Part shown: positions 37,661-50,130 of the stretch, piece after piece
Layout of the letters: each line of letters begins with the position of its first letter
How positions within the stretch are numbered: position 1 is the first letter of the stretch
Source: Hydrolagus colliei
Taxonomy: Eukaryota
Assembly (NCBI GenBank): GCA_035084275.1
Contig: CM068752.1
Location: 992,001 to 1,056,000, forward strand
Reading direction: 5' to 3'
DNA length: 64,000 bases
Translations under genes and position numbers: made by a program
The notes under the pieces: generated by a model
The model's database searches: none
Told to the model about the DNA's origin: nothing
What the model saw: only the letters and a program-made list of their open reading frames with translations

Positions 37661-39254
37661 CCCATCACCTTGCTGAAGAATATCCCAGTGATATTTACTG
37701 GAATGGAATGCGCACTCTCTCACATCCTGCTTACATTAAACTTCCTCTCCCTTGATCCCTCGTCAGCATATTGAGCAGATCCTTAGTTTGAACTCCCCAT
37801 TATCCAGCCCTCCGATTGTTCGTTAAGTGGAAGGGAGACCTTACACACGCGCGTGGAAATGAAAATCAGCGGATCGATATTCTCATTAATATGACCCGGG
37901 CTTTCACACGCAAACAGAACTGTAGCTCTTATGAGACATCAACCTAATAGATTCATCAGGTGGATAGAGCTCAAATGAACATCTTAAATCAAGTGGCATT
38001 TGAGAAGCAGATATTTGTTAAGAATGAGCAGACACGATTTGAAATAATCAAGCTTTTTTCTCCCCTTCCCTTTTCTTATTTTAAGTGTGGCTGAGTGCAG
38101 ACATCATTTGCCAGCCGATGATGTAAGTCAAGTCTCTTTCAATATCGAGCACAAAAGCTTTCTTTCAAAGCTGCCGCTATAATCTTGATTGCTAAAATTT
38201 CAGACACAGCGTTAAATTGAGGAATCATACACTCAATGCCCAAGTTAATTATCATCTGTCCTTTGCTGTTCGTGTCATTTATTCGTGGTGGTGGTGGTGG
38301 GGAGGGGGGAAAGGAAAAAAAAAAGCCATTTTGTTGAGAGAATGGGTTCCAAACTGTACAGTATTTCAGCTGAACATCAGAAAGCAGTGAGCAACAGATG
38401 CCAGTGCATTTGAACTCCCAAAGGGCTTTTTTTAAGCACTCTCCCACAGAGTAAACACTGTTAATCACTTTCATTACATTGATAGCACCTCTACATGGTC
38501 ACAATGCGTCTTCTCTACTCATTCGCTCACCGCTAATGGTGTGACCCGATGTAGCCTGAAACTCTCCTCGAAATCTTTAGGAATTCGCTTCCCTCCGCAC
38601 TTTCCACAATAAATATATATTTTATACAAATATCTGCCAGCGGAGAGAATATTTATTCTACACAACGGCCCAGGCAGCAGGATCTTCCATATGTTCTTTT
38701 TTAAGGGGGTGGGTGCGGGGGGGGGGGGGGGGGGGGGGGGGGTAACATTTGTTTAACTAACGATTAGCATTTAAAATGGACGGCAATTATCTTCAATTCT
38801 CTCGAAGGTGATTATTTTCTGAGCGAGTTAGTTTAACTGCTCTCCAAAGGGATCGTTTTGTCAAGTGGAAGGTATGGGAGTGAAAATGAGGGTATTAATC
38901 TCGCACTCGGTGTCACAAGCCAATGGTGTGTGTGTGCGTGTGTGCGCGTGCGCTGACGAAAGTGAGCGAAAGCCCTGATAGTGTTGTAAAACTCCAGGGT
39001 TCCATCACTTCCAGCCACTGCATCACCACCTCTGGAGACCATTCACTGATGTGAGAAGAAATGAGTTTTGATCTCAGTGGGATCTCTACACTCCTACAAA
39101 CACAATCACAGTCTATACCGTAAACTGTCAAGGGGAGAGATTTTGAGTTCTCTTTCTAATTGGTTTTGTTCACTCTGTCTCTCTGACCTGGCTTGCCCTG
39201 CCCGCCTGTTACTTGAATTCCATTTGCTTTACACTGTCTTCTGTGAAGTGCTTT

Positions 39255-39525
39255 GTGATAATAATAATAATAAAAATAATAATAATAATCCTTGCCGTTG
39301 ATATAGCGCTTTTCATGTCTTCCAGACGTCTCAAAGCGCTTCACAGAATATACTGTAAAACGAATTGACTGTATATTTGTGGGACGAAACGCGGCAGCCG
39401 ATTGCGCACAGCAGTGTCCCCACAAACAGTCGTGGATTGAAGTGACCAATTTTTATTATTGTGGTTTTTTTTGGAGGGATTATTATTAGGCGTATGTGTG
39501 TGTGTGTGTGTGTGTGCGCACACAC
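39255..39525 (-). mobile_element. SINE lacking head
   Basis: Reverse complement from the tail to the (TG)n tract. Confidence 0.88.
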
Positions 39526-40904
39526 ATGATGGAGCTGCACGATGTCTCAAAGTTGGGCCCTCGTTTCGTCAACCCATCCAAAGGACGGCACCTCTGACAA
39601 TGCGACAATACAACAACAGCAACAACAAAATTACACTCGTATAGCGCCTTTCACATCAGCAATGAATTTATACCCTACTCTATATAACCGCATGTCTCTC
39701 TTTCTCTTTGAAACTGATTGCACAGTTAATGGTGAATGGCGCTGAACTGCTCACATTGTTCACCAGCTCTGCCCTGACGTACCTCCGTACTCTCGTGCCG
39801 GCTTTTGCAGATAGTAACAGCATATGCGCTTGCTTCTCTGTCAAGCTTACTTTCTCCTCCTCCCTCTCGCCCTGGCTGACACATTCCGCAATCTGTTTCT
39901 TTTGGTGCAAAAGTTTGCTCGGGAGCCAGATGTAATTGTAAACGCAGCTGCCATGGTGCTGCGGTGTTCCACTCCATCCAATTCAGGTGATGCTCTTGCA
40001 ATCAATTGGGTCACCGCGAACCAACCCCATTTAATTTCGCTTCACTTCATTTCATTCCATTCCATTCAGTCAAGACTGGAGCGCAGACCACCCAAAGCTA
40101 GTTTGCCTAAAACTCTGAAGGAACAATTTCCTCTGCCTGGAGAGAGAGAGAGAGAGAGATATTAAAACAGTCGATTCAAAGCCCAAAGGATTGTGTGTTC
40201 TCTAGAAATTTAACTTCAGGTGCACAGGCAGAGAGGTTAATTGTCTAACCAACTGGTTCATTGTATCGCTCTCCGAGTCGACAGCCTCTGTGTTGGGCCC
40301 AGGTTTTGAATTCACGTTCAGGAATATTGTGCGTTTCACCACCACAGTTACAGGGAAGGAATTTTAATTTGTGATTTGAAGGTCAGTATTTTGAGGCAAC
40401 AGCTGCTTGCGAACGTAAGTCATCGACTGTCTAACCTCTCCCATCGCCGGATCAATGAGCGACAGGAGATTCGGTGACGTGCGATAATTAAGAAATAATT
40501 TACCGTCTCGATGACCGTTTGTCATTATTGCCATTAGATTATGAGGCCGTTACAGCTCAGATACTGAATAAACTGCAGTGACCCTCACCGTCAGTAGCAG
40601 AAACCAGCACCTTATCAACACGCATTACCGTTGCCACGAGAGTAAGGGATTTTCAGGCCCTGTTTAGAAGTGAAAGTGCTCCTCGCAGTTAGTTCTATCG
40701 CTCAATCTAGCCTCCACCCCACCAACACCACCCCCACCCCGCATTCTCCGGGCACCCAGAATGAATACAATATTGTTTCGCCCACAAATACACAGTCAAT
40801 TCACTTTACAGTGTATTTCCTTGAAGCGTTTTGAGACGCTGATAAGATGTGAAAAGCGCTATATCAAATGCGAGGATTATTATTTTTATCATTCATATCC
40901 AAAT

Positions 40905-41045
40905 GACTGATTGTAGCCCATTCAGCCCCTCAAGTCTGTTCCGCCATTCTATAAGATCATGGCTCATCCGTATACCTCAAATCCAATTATCTACCCTTGC
41001 CTCGTATCCCTTAATACCCTGACCTAACACATACCTCTCCAGATT
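40905..41045 (-). mobile_element. CR1 LINE 3' end
   Basis: GCCCATTCAGCCCCTCAAGTCTGTTCCGCCATTCTATAAGATCATGGCT...GTATCCCTTAATACCC resembles a shark CR1 3' UTR and matches the reverse complement of 45778-45920. Confidence 0.8.
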
Positions 41046-41537
41046 TGTCTTAGGTTAGGGTGTTAAGGGAAACAGCTCTGAAGTTGTCAAGATACTTGCA
41101 GCCTAAACGATGATCCCATAAGACGTATCAAAAGACGGAGGAGACCAGTGTCTCTCTCTCTCTCTCACTCCAGGCACCAGCGCAGACAGGATTACTATCA
41201 ACTATAACAAATTACAAATTTGTGCAGCGCCTTTCTCTGTCCTGGACATCGCTCCCTCACATCCATCAGACAGAGCAGCTGAAGGAGACTCCTTTTGATC
41301 TCTTGGCTTTCTCGTCTGAATTATTTTACCACAGTTTAGGTTATCTCTCGAGCTACAGTACTCTGTGTAACCCCCGAATCTCAATGGGCGTAGAGGAGGT
41401 TAGACAACTGTAGCATTACTTTGCCATTATACATGATTCTAGCATTGGCTCACCCATAAAATACACAGTCACCCCACTCCATAGTATATCCTGTGAAGCG
41501 CTTTGAGATGTCTCAACAATACAACGAGATGCTATAT

Positions 41538-41883
41538 GGCCATTGCTCCTGTAGCTCAGTAGTTAGAGCACTTGCCTTACAAGCGTGAGACCTGTGTTCA
41601 AATCCAGGTAAGTCAGGGCAAAACCTTGGGCAAGTTTCCTTACTCCAAATTTCCTTTCCCTCCACCTCGCCTCCTGCCTGGCCTCCTTCAAGTCCTGCCT
41701 CAAGACCCTCCTCTTCGATGGTCCCATTGGCCACTCCAAATCCCTCCCCTTGCCCTCCACCCTCTCTGTCCCCAGCTCGGGTCTGAAACAATGACTGTCC
41801 CAATGACTGTCCAGCATTGGGATGTCCTCCTGATTTGAAAGGTGTACAAGTGTAATTTTGTTGTTGTTGTTGTTGTTGTTGTT
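41538..41883 (+). mobile_element. Chimera of SINE tRNA head and L2 3' end
   Basis: Head 41538-41647 is joined via a short linker to L2 ORF2-end/UTR sequence and a (TTG)n tail. Confidence 0.8.
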
Positions 41884-42149
41884 AATTCGCATTTGTATCA
41901 AAGCACTCTGTGCCCTCTGGATGAAAAATATTTCTTCACCTAATCTCACCGAGTGACAATCTCAATTTTGCATCCAATTTACCCAACACGGCAGGAATAA
42001 TCTTTTACCTTTTCATCCGTCTAAAAGGTTTCTCAACTTCAGCAGCTCCATTTGATTATCCCTCAATCTTCTGGACTCCATTGCATATCAATCTTGTGGG
42101 CTCCATTGCATATCTGCGGCCTTTTTTAAACAACTTAAAACTTGACTAC

Positions 42150-42450
42150 TAATAATAATCCTTGCATTTGATGTAGCGCTTCAAGACATCTCAAAGCTCT
42201 TCACGGAATATACTGTAAAGTAAATTGACTGTATATCTGTGGGCAAAATGCGGTAGCCAATTGCGCACAGCAGCGTCCCCACAAACAGTCATGGATTGAG
42301 TGACCAAATTCTTATTTTTTTGAGGGATTATTATTAGACGCATGGAGTAAGGAAACTTGCCCAAGGTTTCACCCTGCCTGGAATTGAACCCAGGACTCTA
42401 GCTAGTAAGGCGAGTACTCCTCTGACAAGGCACTGAGCTACAAGACTCCA
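42150..42450 (-). mobile_element. SINE, full length, older-type head
   Basis: Tail through CTGAGCTACAAGACTCC. Confidence 0.9.
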
Positions 42451-43222
42451 ATAATAATAATAATAAGAAGAAGAATCTCATTTGATATAGTGCCTCACCA
42501 CGTGGTCAGGAAATCTCAAAGCGCTTCACAGGACATACTGTAAAGTGGATTTCATTTTGTGGGCGAAAAGTGGATAGTGAATTATGCATAGCAAACTTTC
42601 ACAGAGCGAGCATTTGAATTGTAAATATTATCAGACCAAACCTTGCAGAAAATATGCAGTCTTGTCATTCATGAATCTCCCAGACCCTAAGGATTGACTT
42701 GTTCCCTGTCAATATTTTTTATTTGCTTTTCATTTTTTTTGCCCTTTAACTAATTAAGATTACATCGTTTGTTCGTATGAAAATTATATGTCCAAATTGT
42801 ATTCTCTTTCCCCCGGGAAATATTTCACTGTGTTTCGATGTAAACACTGAATTCCAATCACCTTCCGCCCGACCTCTCCGTATCATGGGATTCCATCGCA
42901 AGGTTACTGTAAATAATTTTGTTTTACTCCCAAACAAAAATGATCAAATCATCATGATGCAAATCGTTCATTCCTGTATTTAAGTTGCTGTGGCGTGATG
43001 GATGGTTCTCGTGTTGTGCGTTCTAAGAATATTTTTTCCACGCATCACTTTCGTAGAGTCTCATCTCGTTTCGGATCGGTTGCTTTTCCTCCTGCTTTGA
43101 AAGTTTTGCTTATTTCAAGCCCCGACACAGCGGAAGGGAATTCGCAGTCTTGCTTGGACGTTTCGGTTGTGAACACTGCCCTGCTTCAAGGGCGCTGTAT
43201 CAGTGCGATGGTCTGTACTAGC

Positions 43223-43638
43223 GTGGAGCTCCTGTAGCTCAGTGGCTGGAGAGCACTCGCCTTACAAACGTGAGACCTCTGTTTTGAATCCAGGCAGGTC
43301 ATGGTGACATCTTGGGCAAGTTTCCTTACTCCACACACACACGCACACGCACACGCACACACACACGCACCGCACACATACACGCGCGCCTAATAATAAT
43401 CTCCCAAAAAAAATCAAAAAAGAACCAATAACAATTGGTCATTTCAATCCACGACTGTTTGTGTGTGTGTGGGGGGGGGGGGGGGGGGGGAAACGCTGCT
43501 GTGCGCAATTGGCTGCTGCGTTTCGCCCACAAATATAGTCAATTCACTTTACAGTATATTCTGTGAAGCGTTTTGAGACGTCGATGAGATGTGAAAAACG
43601 CCATATCAAATGCAAGGATTATTACTACTATTATTATA
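43223..43638 (+). mobile_element. SINE (main family), full length with expanded CA and poly-G tracts
   Basis: Head, (CA/CG)n, G20 at 43471-43490 and tail. Confidence 0.92.
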
Positions 43639-44409
43639 TTTCTTTCGCATTAACCTGCAGCAGAACGGCTATTTTGCTGCTAAACCCAGCAGCACAATTT
43701 ACCGTCAACAAAATCCTTTGGTGCTTTGTTTATTCAGTGCCGTCAATAAAATTATTTTATTCAGACATGAAATGCGCTTCTGTCTCTGTGAGGTGCCATT
43801 TTGCTTCAAGTGGGTAATCTACAATTGTCAAAGCTTTTTAAATCTCCAGGCTTTTAAATCTCTGTGCCGGGGACAAGATACTCTGTGAAAGAAGACACTT
43901 TGTGACATCCCGATGGTGTGATAAGATGCTATATCAAATGCAAGGATTATTCCAATTCGTATGATAATAATAATAATAATCCCTGCATTTGATATAGCGC
44001 TTTTCACATCTTCTAGACGTCTCAAAGCGCTTAACAGAATATGCTGTTAAGTGATTTGACAGTATATTTGTGGGCCAAACGCGAGGAATGGTTAAACAGT
44101 ACTAGTGTTACAGCAATAAAAATACTCTAAGATACTAAAATCAATCTAAGTACCCTAAACTACTAAAATGTATGTGGCAGAAGAAGTGTTAATGATGGTA
44201 CAATAGATCTCGGGTCAATGATTTGGTTTTGGTGGCAGTATAATGGATATGTGGTGTTAATGTTTGTCAAGACCCTTAACAGATGATTAATGGCTTGTTG
44301 TGTACAGCCAGTGAGTAAATGCACTGTGCTTGAACAACAGCAAACATATGCGAGCAACAGAGTTGTCCATTAAATGTTAAAAAGAATATTTTTATTCTAC
44401 GCTGCGTTT

Positions 44410-44744
44410 AATAATGATAATAATCCTTGCATTTGATATAGCGCTTTTCACGTCTTCTAGATGTCTCAAAGCGCTTCAGAGAATATACTGTAAAGTGAAT
44501 TGACTGTATATGTGTGGGCAAAACGCAGCAGACAATTGCGCACAGTAGTGTGCCCACAAACAGTCGTGGATTGAAAATGAACGATTTTATTATTGCTTTC
44601 TTTTCGGGAGGGATTATTATTAGGCGCGCGTATGTGTGGAGTAAGGAAACTTGCCCAAGGTTTCACCCTGACCTGCCTGGATTCGAACACAGGTCTCACG
44701 CTTGTAAAGGCGAGCGCTCCAACCATTGAGCTACAGGAGCTCCA
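44410..44744 (-). mobile_element. SINE (main family), full length
   Basis: Complete reverse complement. Confidence 0.92.
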
Positions 44745-45127
44745 CCAAATATTGTGCAACATATTGTATCTCCGAGTGCTGACATTTCACTCTTGGTTGA
44801 GCAGAAAAAATCAGCAGAAAAAACAAAATGCTGATGAATTAAATGCGTCTCTTCCACACAGCATCCAGAGTGCCACGGAATAAGTCACTCTGAGAATCTG
44901 ATGAACTTATAAATGGATTTTGCTTCAGTCGAGTGATTTATGAGATGTTCGGAATCCTTGGAGTCGGTTGCTGTCTGGTACCACACTCCCACTCATGTGT
45001 CTTCCCATCTGCTAAAGTCTTTTCATACCGCAATTCTTCATTCGCACAATGTCAAACCAATCTGAAGATAAATTAATAACCGGGTGACAAAGAAACATAG
45101 CGGGAAATGACACTAAAAAAAAAACAA

Positions 45128-45452
45128 GCTCACAGGTACAAAAAAGTTGGCACAAAATAAAAACTAATGGGATGTTGGGGGCTTTTATCTCAAGGGGGGC
45201 TGAGATATAAAGGAGAGGAAATGATGCTTTGACTGTATGGAATCTTGGTCAGACTTCCATCGGGAATACTGCGTTCAGTTTCAAGACGTCCTCCCGACGT
45301 GAAAAGTGCTCTATCAATGTCATTTTGTGGTTGTCGTTTTGAGGTATCACACCTCTGGAAAGATATATTGGCTTTCGGTGGGGGGTCATGTGGTGCAGAT
45401 TCACCAAAATGACGCCAGGACTTTACGGGGTTAAATTTCGAGGCCAGCCTGG
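45128..45452 (+). mobile_element. CR1 LINE ORF2 fragment (decayed), interrupted by an L2 tail at ~45283-45337
   Basis: Frameshifted remnants of KANGMLAFISRG-EYK...LY..LVR.H.EYCVQF and HL.KDILA...RFTKMTPGL.GLNFE. Confidence 0.8.
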
Positions 45453-45461
45453 GGATGGATA

Positions 45462-45776
45462 GAGTCCTGTAGCTCAGTGGTTAGAGCGTTCGCCTTACGA
45501 GTGTGAAACCTGTGTTTCGAATCCAAGCAGGTCAGGGCGAAACCTTGGGCAAGTTTCCTTACTCCACACGCCTAATAATAATCCGTCCCCAAAAAAACGA
45601 ATAATAAATTGGTCATTTCAACCCACGACTGTTTGCGGGGGGGGACACTGCTGTGCACAATTGGCTGCTGTGTTTCACCCACAAATATACAGTCAATTCA
45701 CTTTACAGTATATTCTATGAAGCGCTTTGAGAAGTCTAGCTATATCAAATGCAAGGAATATTATTATTATTATTAT
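45462..45776 (+). mobile_element. SINE (main family), full length, nested in CR1
   Basis: Head to (TTA)n tail, lying between CR1 pieces. Confidence 0.92.
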
Positions 45777-45777
45777 G

Positions 45778-45920
45778 AGAGATGTTTATTAGTTCAGGCT
45801 AACAAGAGATATGGATCAAGGGCAGGTAATTACACTTGAGGTACAGGTCAGCCATGATCTTATAGAATGGCAGAACAGGCTGGAGGGGCTGAATGAATGG
45901 CCCTCTCCTGTTTCTATATC
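45778..45920 (+). mobile_element. CR1 LINE 3' UTR/end
   Basis: CAGCCATGATCTTATAGAATGGCAGAACAGGCTGGAGGGGCTGAATG...CTCCTGTTTCTAT. Confidence 0.82.
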
Positions 45921-46799
45921 TCTGTGCAAGCACAGAGCTTAATTGTGACTGGGAAGCCAGTCACGGGGGAGTTAAATTCAAATTTCTGGTCCAGTAAAAG
46001 GTTTTCAGAGTAGCGAGTCAATAATTTCCTTCCTGCTAATCCTTTTAGATAGCTGATAGTGCTGGGGCTCAACGGTATTCAATCACAACACTAAATGTGG
46101 TACACTTAGAGAAAAAAATATCCCCCCTCATTCACAGAGGTGAGAGGGTCCCTGATGTTGTTTTCAGCTGCCTCCTTCGGAAATCAACATTGCAACAAGG
46201 GGACGAGGACAAAGAGAAGAATGAATACTAATTCTCTTAGAATTTTGACCGCCCTTCAGGATATTTCTGACTGATTTATTATTTCTCCTGATTTCTCCCC
46301 GTTAACGAGGAATCGGCAAACAAGCCTTTTTAAAGGAATGCCCCCCCCCCCACTCCCCCCGCCTCCCACCCCCCAAATAATTTCCTGGTTTCGTAAGGAT
46401 ATAACGGGAATGTATTAATTTCCGAGTCGAGCCTCTCTGATGTGAGGGCCATTGGACAAGGATTTTCACAAAAGGCAAAGAGGAGGAATGCGACGGGGGG
46501 GATGAATTTGCAAACAATTGCGAGTTGCTAAAATGTCCCCAAGTCTTTTGAATAATTTAACTCTGTGTTAAATTGTGCGACGTGTGTCCAGCTAATTCTG
46601 CAGTACGTCTCGTGAATAATAATCCCCGCTGTGCCTGTAAAAAAAACTAAAGGCTTTATCCCAGTTGCAATTAAGTGCAACGACTATATTTTGCAGGCAA
46701 ACGCAACGGCCAATTTGCACATAGACATGTCCCACATTGAGCCAGGAGGGGACTGGATCAGTTTCTCCATTATTGACTAGAACATTGGTTAAAAACATT

Positions 46800-47085
46800 C
46801 TCCTTTTTAGTGTCATGGAGTCTGGGGTTAGGGCTGGGATGAGGGAGGGCGGAAGAGGTGGGAGGGCAGCTGAAGGCTCGGGGACAGAGAGGCTGAAAGC
46901 CCAGGCGTCAATGGTAGGGGGGGAGACTCGGAGCAGGACCAAACCTGCTGCACAGAGGGAGTGTTGCTTGTAGGGTTGATAGGGGGTCAGCAGGCAGGTC
47001 AGAGAGATAGGAGGGGTCAAGGCCTTGGAGGACCTTGAAAGCGAAGACGACGAGGAGGAGGTGGAGAAGGAGGACAACATTTAGA
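46800..47085 (-). mobile_element. Older L2 LINE fragment
   Basis: The minus strand gives LLTPYQP...PPTIDAWAFSLSVP (L2 ORF2 end). Confidence 0.7.
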
Positions 47086-47465
47086 ATAGAAAGAAAAAAT
47101 GCGATTGAGACATTTCAGCTCGATGCCTGCCATATGAATCTTGTTGCAAGACATTTCCATTAATAACGGATAGACTCGCAAGCCCATTTAGTAGGTGGAA
47201 TCAATCCAGTAGAACCAAAATGTTTCTATCATAACACCAGTGCACAAGATACCTTGAAAGGGCCGAGAGATGGATGGACTACTCCTGTGGCCAAGTGAAT
47301 TATAGACGAGCTGTTTCGTTTTCCCAAAGCCCCAATGATTCGCCTCTTCTAGGTAAGGAGATGTAACTGTGGGAGAAACATTTCCCGAGACTGAGAACAG
47401 AAAGTTGGTGAGTACATTCTGTCTGTTTAACAAGCTGCGCGTGGAATTATCTTTTCTCAATAGGA

Positions 47466-47813
47466 GGCCATTGCTCCTGTAGCTCAGTGGTTAGAGCACT
47501 CGCCTTATAAACTGAGTCCTGTGTTTCGAATCCAGGCAGGTCGTCAGGGCAAAACCTTGGGCAAGTTTCCTTACTCCACACCCACACACACACACACACC
47601 TAATAATAATCTGTCCAAAAATTACAAATTACAAAAAATTGGTCATTTCAATCCACGACTATTTGTGGGGGACGCTGCTGTGCGCAATTGGCTGCCGTGT
47701 TTCGCCCACAAATATACGGTCAATTCAATTTACAGTATATTCTGTGAAGCGCTTTGAGATGTTAATAAGATGTGAAAAGCGCGATATGAAATGCAAAGAT
47801 TATTATTATTATT
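47466..47813 (+). mobile_element. SINE full length with GGCCATTG 5' variant
   Basis: GGCCATTGCTCCTGTAGCTCAG head through the tail. Confidence 0.92.
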
Positions 47814-48929
47814 GCAGTCAGATTACCTCCAAATTTCGTCCGATTTTTGTCATTTGCAGCATTAACAACTTGCATTTCGAGAGCGCCCTCCACGAGGGGT
47901 AGAGGCACATATACCTGTCCCACAAACAGCCATGTAGTGACCTGACCAAATCTATCTGCTGGATTGGTGGACACGGCAACTCGGAGAAGCCACTTGCTCT
48001 CCTCGAATTTACAGTTCCAGCTGTCTCGGCCAAGCTGTCAGTGAGAAAGGCTGGACAGAAGATGTCGAGAGCTTTATGAGAGAACGAGAGAGAGAGAGAG
48101 AGAGAGAGAGCATAATAGCAACAGCGAGAGAGTAAAGACTGCCTCAAATCCCATCTTGGATGTTCTTGGATTCTTCCAGGAACCTGCAAAGGCCAACAAT
48201 GGTGGTAACTGCTATCCGTTTCTGCCTCTGAGTTGGCAGTAATATGTGTTGCATATCAACAAAAAAATCATGATGCGAGAGAGGGGAGAATAGGGCATCA
48301 GCCCAAGTGTGCATTACATTGCATAAGTTGGTGTGGGTGTGGGACCTATAAAGTGTGTGTGTGTGTGTGTGTGTGCGATTGCAGTTAAACACACCTGTGC
48401 TATTTGAGTCGCAAATTCAGCTTTGACGGGAAATTAACACAAATTATGACTTAGAAAATGATTGTTGAATATTCTCAAATGCTTCATAACTGCAGGGCTG
48501 TCACCCAGTCTATATATTGCCCGCAACAGAATCTTTAGCTCACATATACACTGGCCTACTGGTCTCGAGCCAATACTTTATTTGACTCTGACATGAATTT
48601 AATGTCGAGAATGATTGAGAATCAATAGTACGTTTAATTAAGTTTCCATCAAATATGATGGATGCAAAAATCACGCGATAATTTTAGCATCAAAGCAAAT
48701 GGATGGGGCTGGGGGTTTTGTGAAATATATGCGTTGTTTCCTTGACAACTTGGAAGCAAAGTTTATGAAAGATGGAGATCTCTCACAAAGTCCCACACCG
48801 GGTATTTTTTTACATACTTGAAGCCCAATTTGGGATTTCTTTCAGGGAATTGCATTAATACTTGAGCAGAAAAAAAAATAACATCAAAAAGTGTTTAACA
48901 AGAGCAGGGGAGTAGGATTCCAACAAGTT

Positions 48930-49285
48930 TGGATTTGTATAGTGTCAATTCATGTGGATAGCACCATTGAAACATCTCGAAACATAATTTCACAAGATTT
49001 ACCCTAGAGTGTTGTGGCTGTTTATTTTCTAGGCAAATTTGTCAGCCAATTTGCACACATAACTGTCCCACAAACACCCACAAAGTGAATGAGCAATTTT
49101 ATCGGCAGGTTTGTTGAATGTGGCACTATTTCCTAAGTCTATTCGAGTAATGCCATGGGATTTTTGACGTCTATTTCAACAGATAAATGGGACCTGGATG
49201 TCGTTAGTTTAATGTCTCATCCAAAGGAAAGACATCAATCATCTCATCCTTTGACAATGTAATGCTTCCCATTTACAGAACTGGA
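48930..49285 (-). mobile_element. Old DeuSINE (SacSINE1-like) relic with Deu domain
   Basis: CAGCCAATTTGCACAC...TGCCATGGGATTTTTGACGTC...GTTTAATGTCTCATCCAAAGGAAAGAC: tail, Deu domain and head-proximal segments in the expected order. Confidence 0.7.
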
Positions 49286-49301
49286 TTCGCGAGGGCAAAC
49301 T

Positions 49302-49487
49302 AATAATAATAATAATCCTTGCATTAGATATAGCGCTTTTCACGTCTTCTAGACGTCTCAAAGTGCTTCACAGAATATACTGTAAAATGAATTGACTATA
49401 TATATTTGTGGGCGAAACGCGGCAGCCAATTGCGCACAGCAGCGTCCCCCACTCAAACAGTCGTGGGTTGAAATGTCCAATTTTTAC
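49302..49487 (-). mobile_element. SINE 3' half
   Basis: Reverse complement of tail and body. Confidence 0.88.
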
Positions 49488-49959
49488 AGTAGTAAGAGAA
49501 AATGTAAACGAGACAACAAAGGTAAGTGAGACAGGAGAATTAATTCTGTTCATTCCAGAACAAACCCTGTGAACAAATATGTCGATGTACATAAAAAATA
49601 AATATATTTTCTAATTTGACTGTTTAACCTTTGGCTGCGAATTGATAGCCTTTAGACTGGAGGGTGCGCGGTGTGGGGAGATGTTTGAATTATCTGCCTA
49701 TGGCATCAGTCTTTCACGAGGTGTTTGTTTTAAGTGCTCAAAGCGACAAAAACCAGTTAAAAAAAAACCTACCTGATAAGCATCGCCGCCCAAATTCACA
49801 TTTCTTTTTCCTTTCCTGATATTCAAAAGATTGCTTCTCTCAGAGCAATTCAAACAGCGTCTCATCACGTCTTCAAACCGAGATCAAATCCAACTTTAAC
49901 CCACCTTCCCACATTTAAGATGCCGTATCAAATGTAAGGATTATTATGTTAATAATCAT

Positions 49960-50130
49960 GATGATAACTTTGCGTTTTATCTAGCCTCTTATCATGTCAT
50001 CGAGGCGTCTCAAAGCGCTTCACAGAATATGCTGTAAAGTGAATTGACTGTCTGTGTGTGGGCGAAACATGGCAGCCAATTGCGCACAGCAGCGTCCCCC
50101 CACAAACAGTCATGGATTGAAGTGACCAAT
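49960..50130 (-). mobile_element. SINE 3' half
   Basis: Reverse complement of tail and body. Confidence 0.85.

Noticed and set aside
38716-38742. Long poly-G/poly-C runs (also 1636-1658 and 61168-61200)
   Set aside because: Simple homopolymers whose lengths are prone to sequencing error. No evidence of function.
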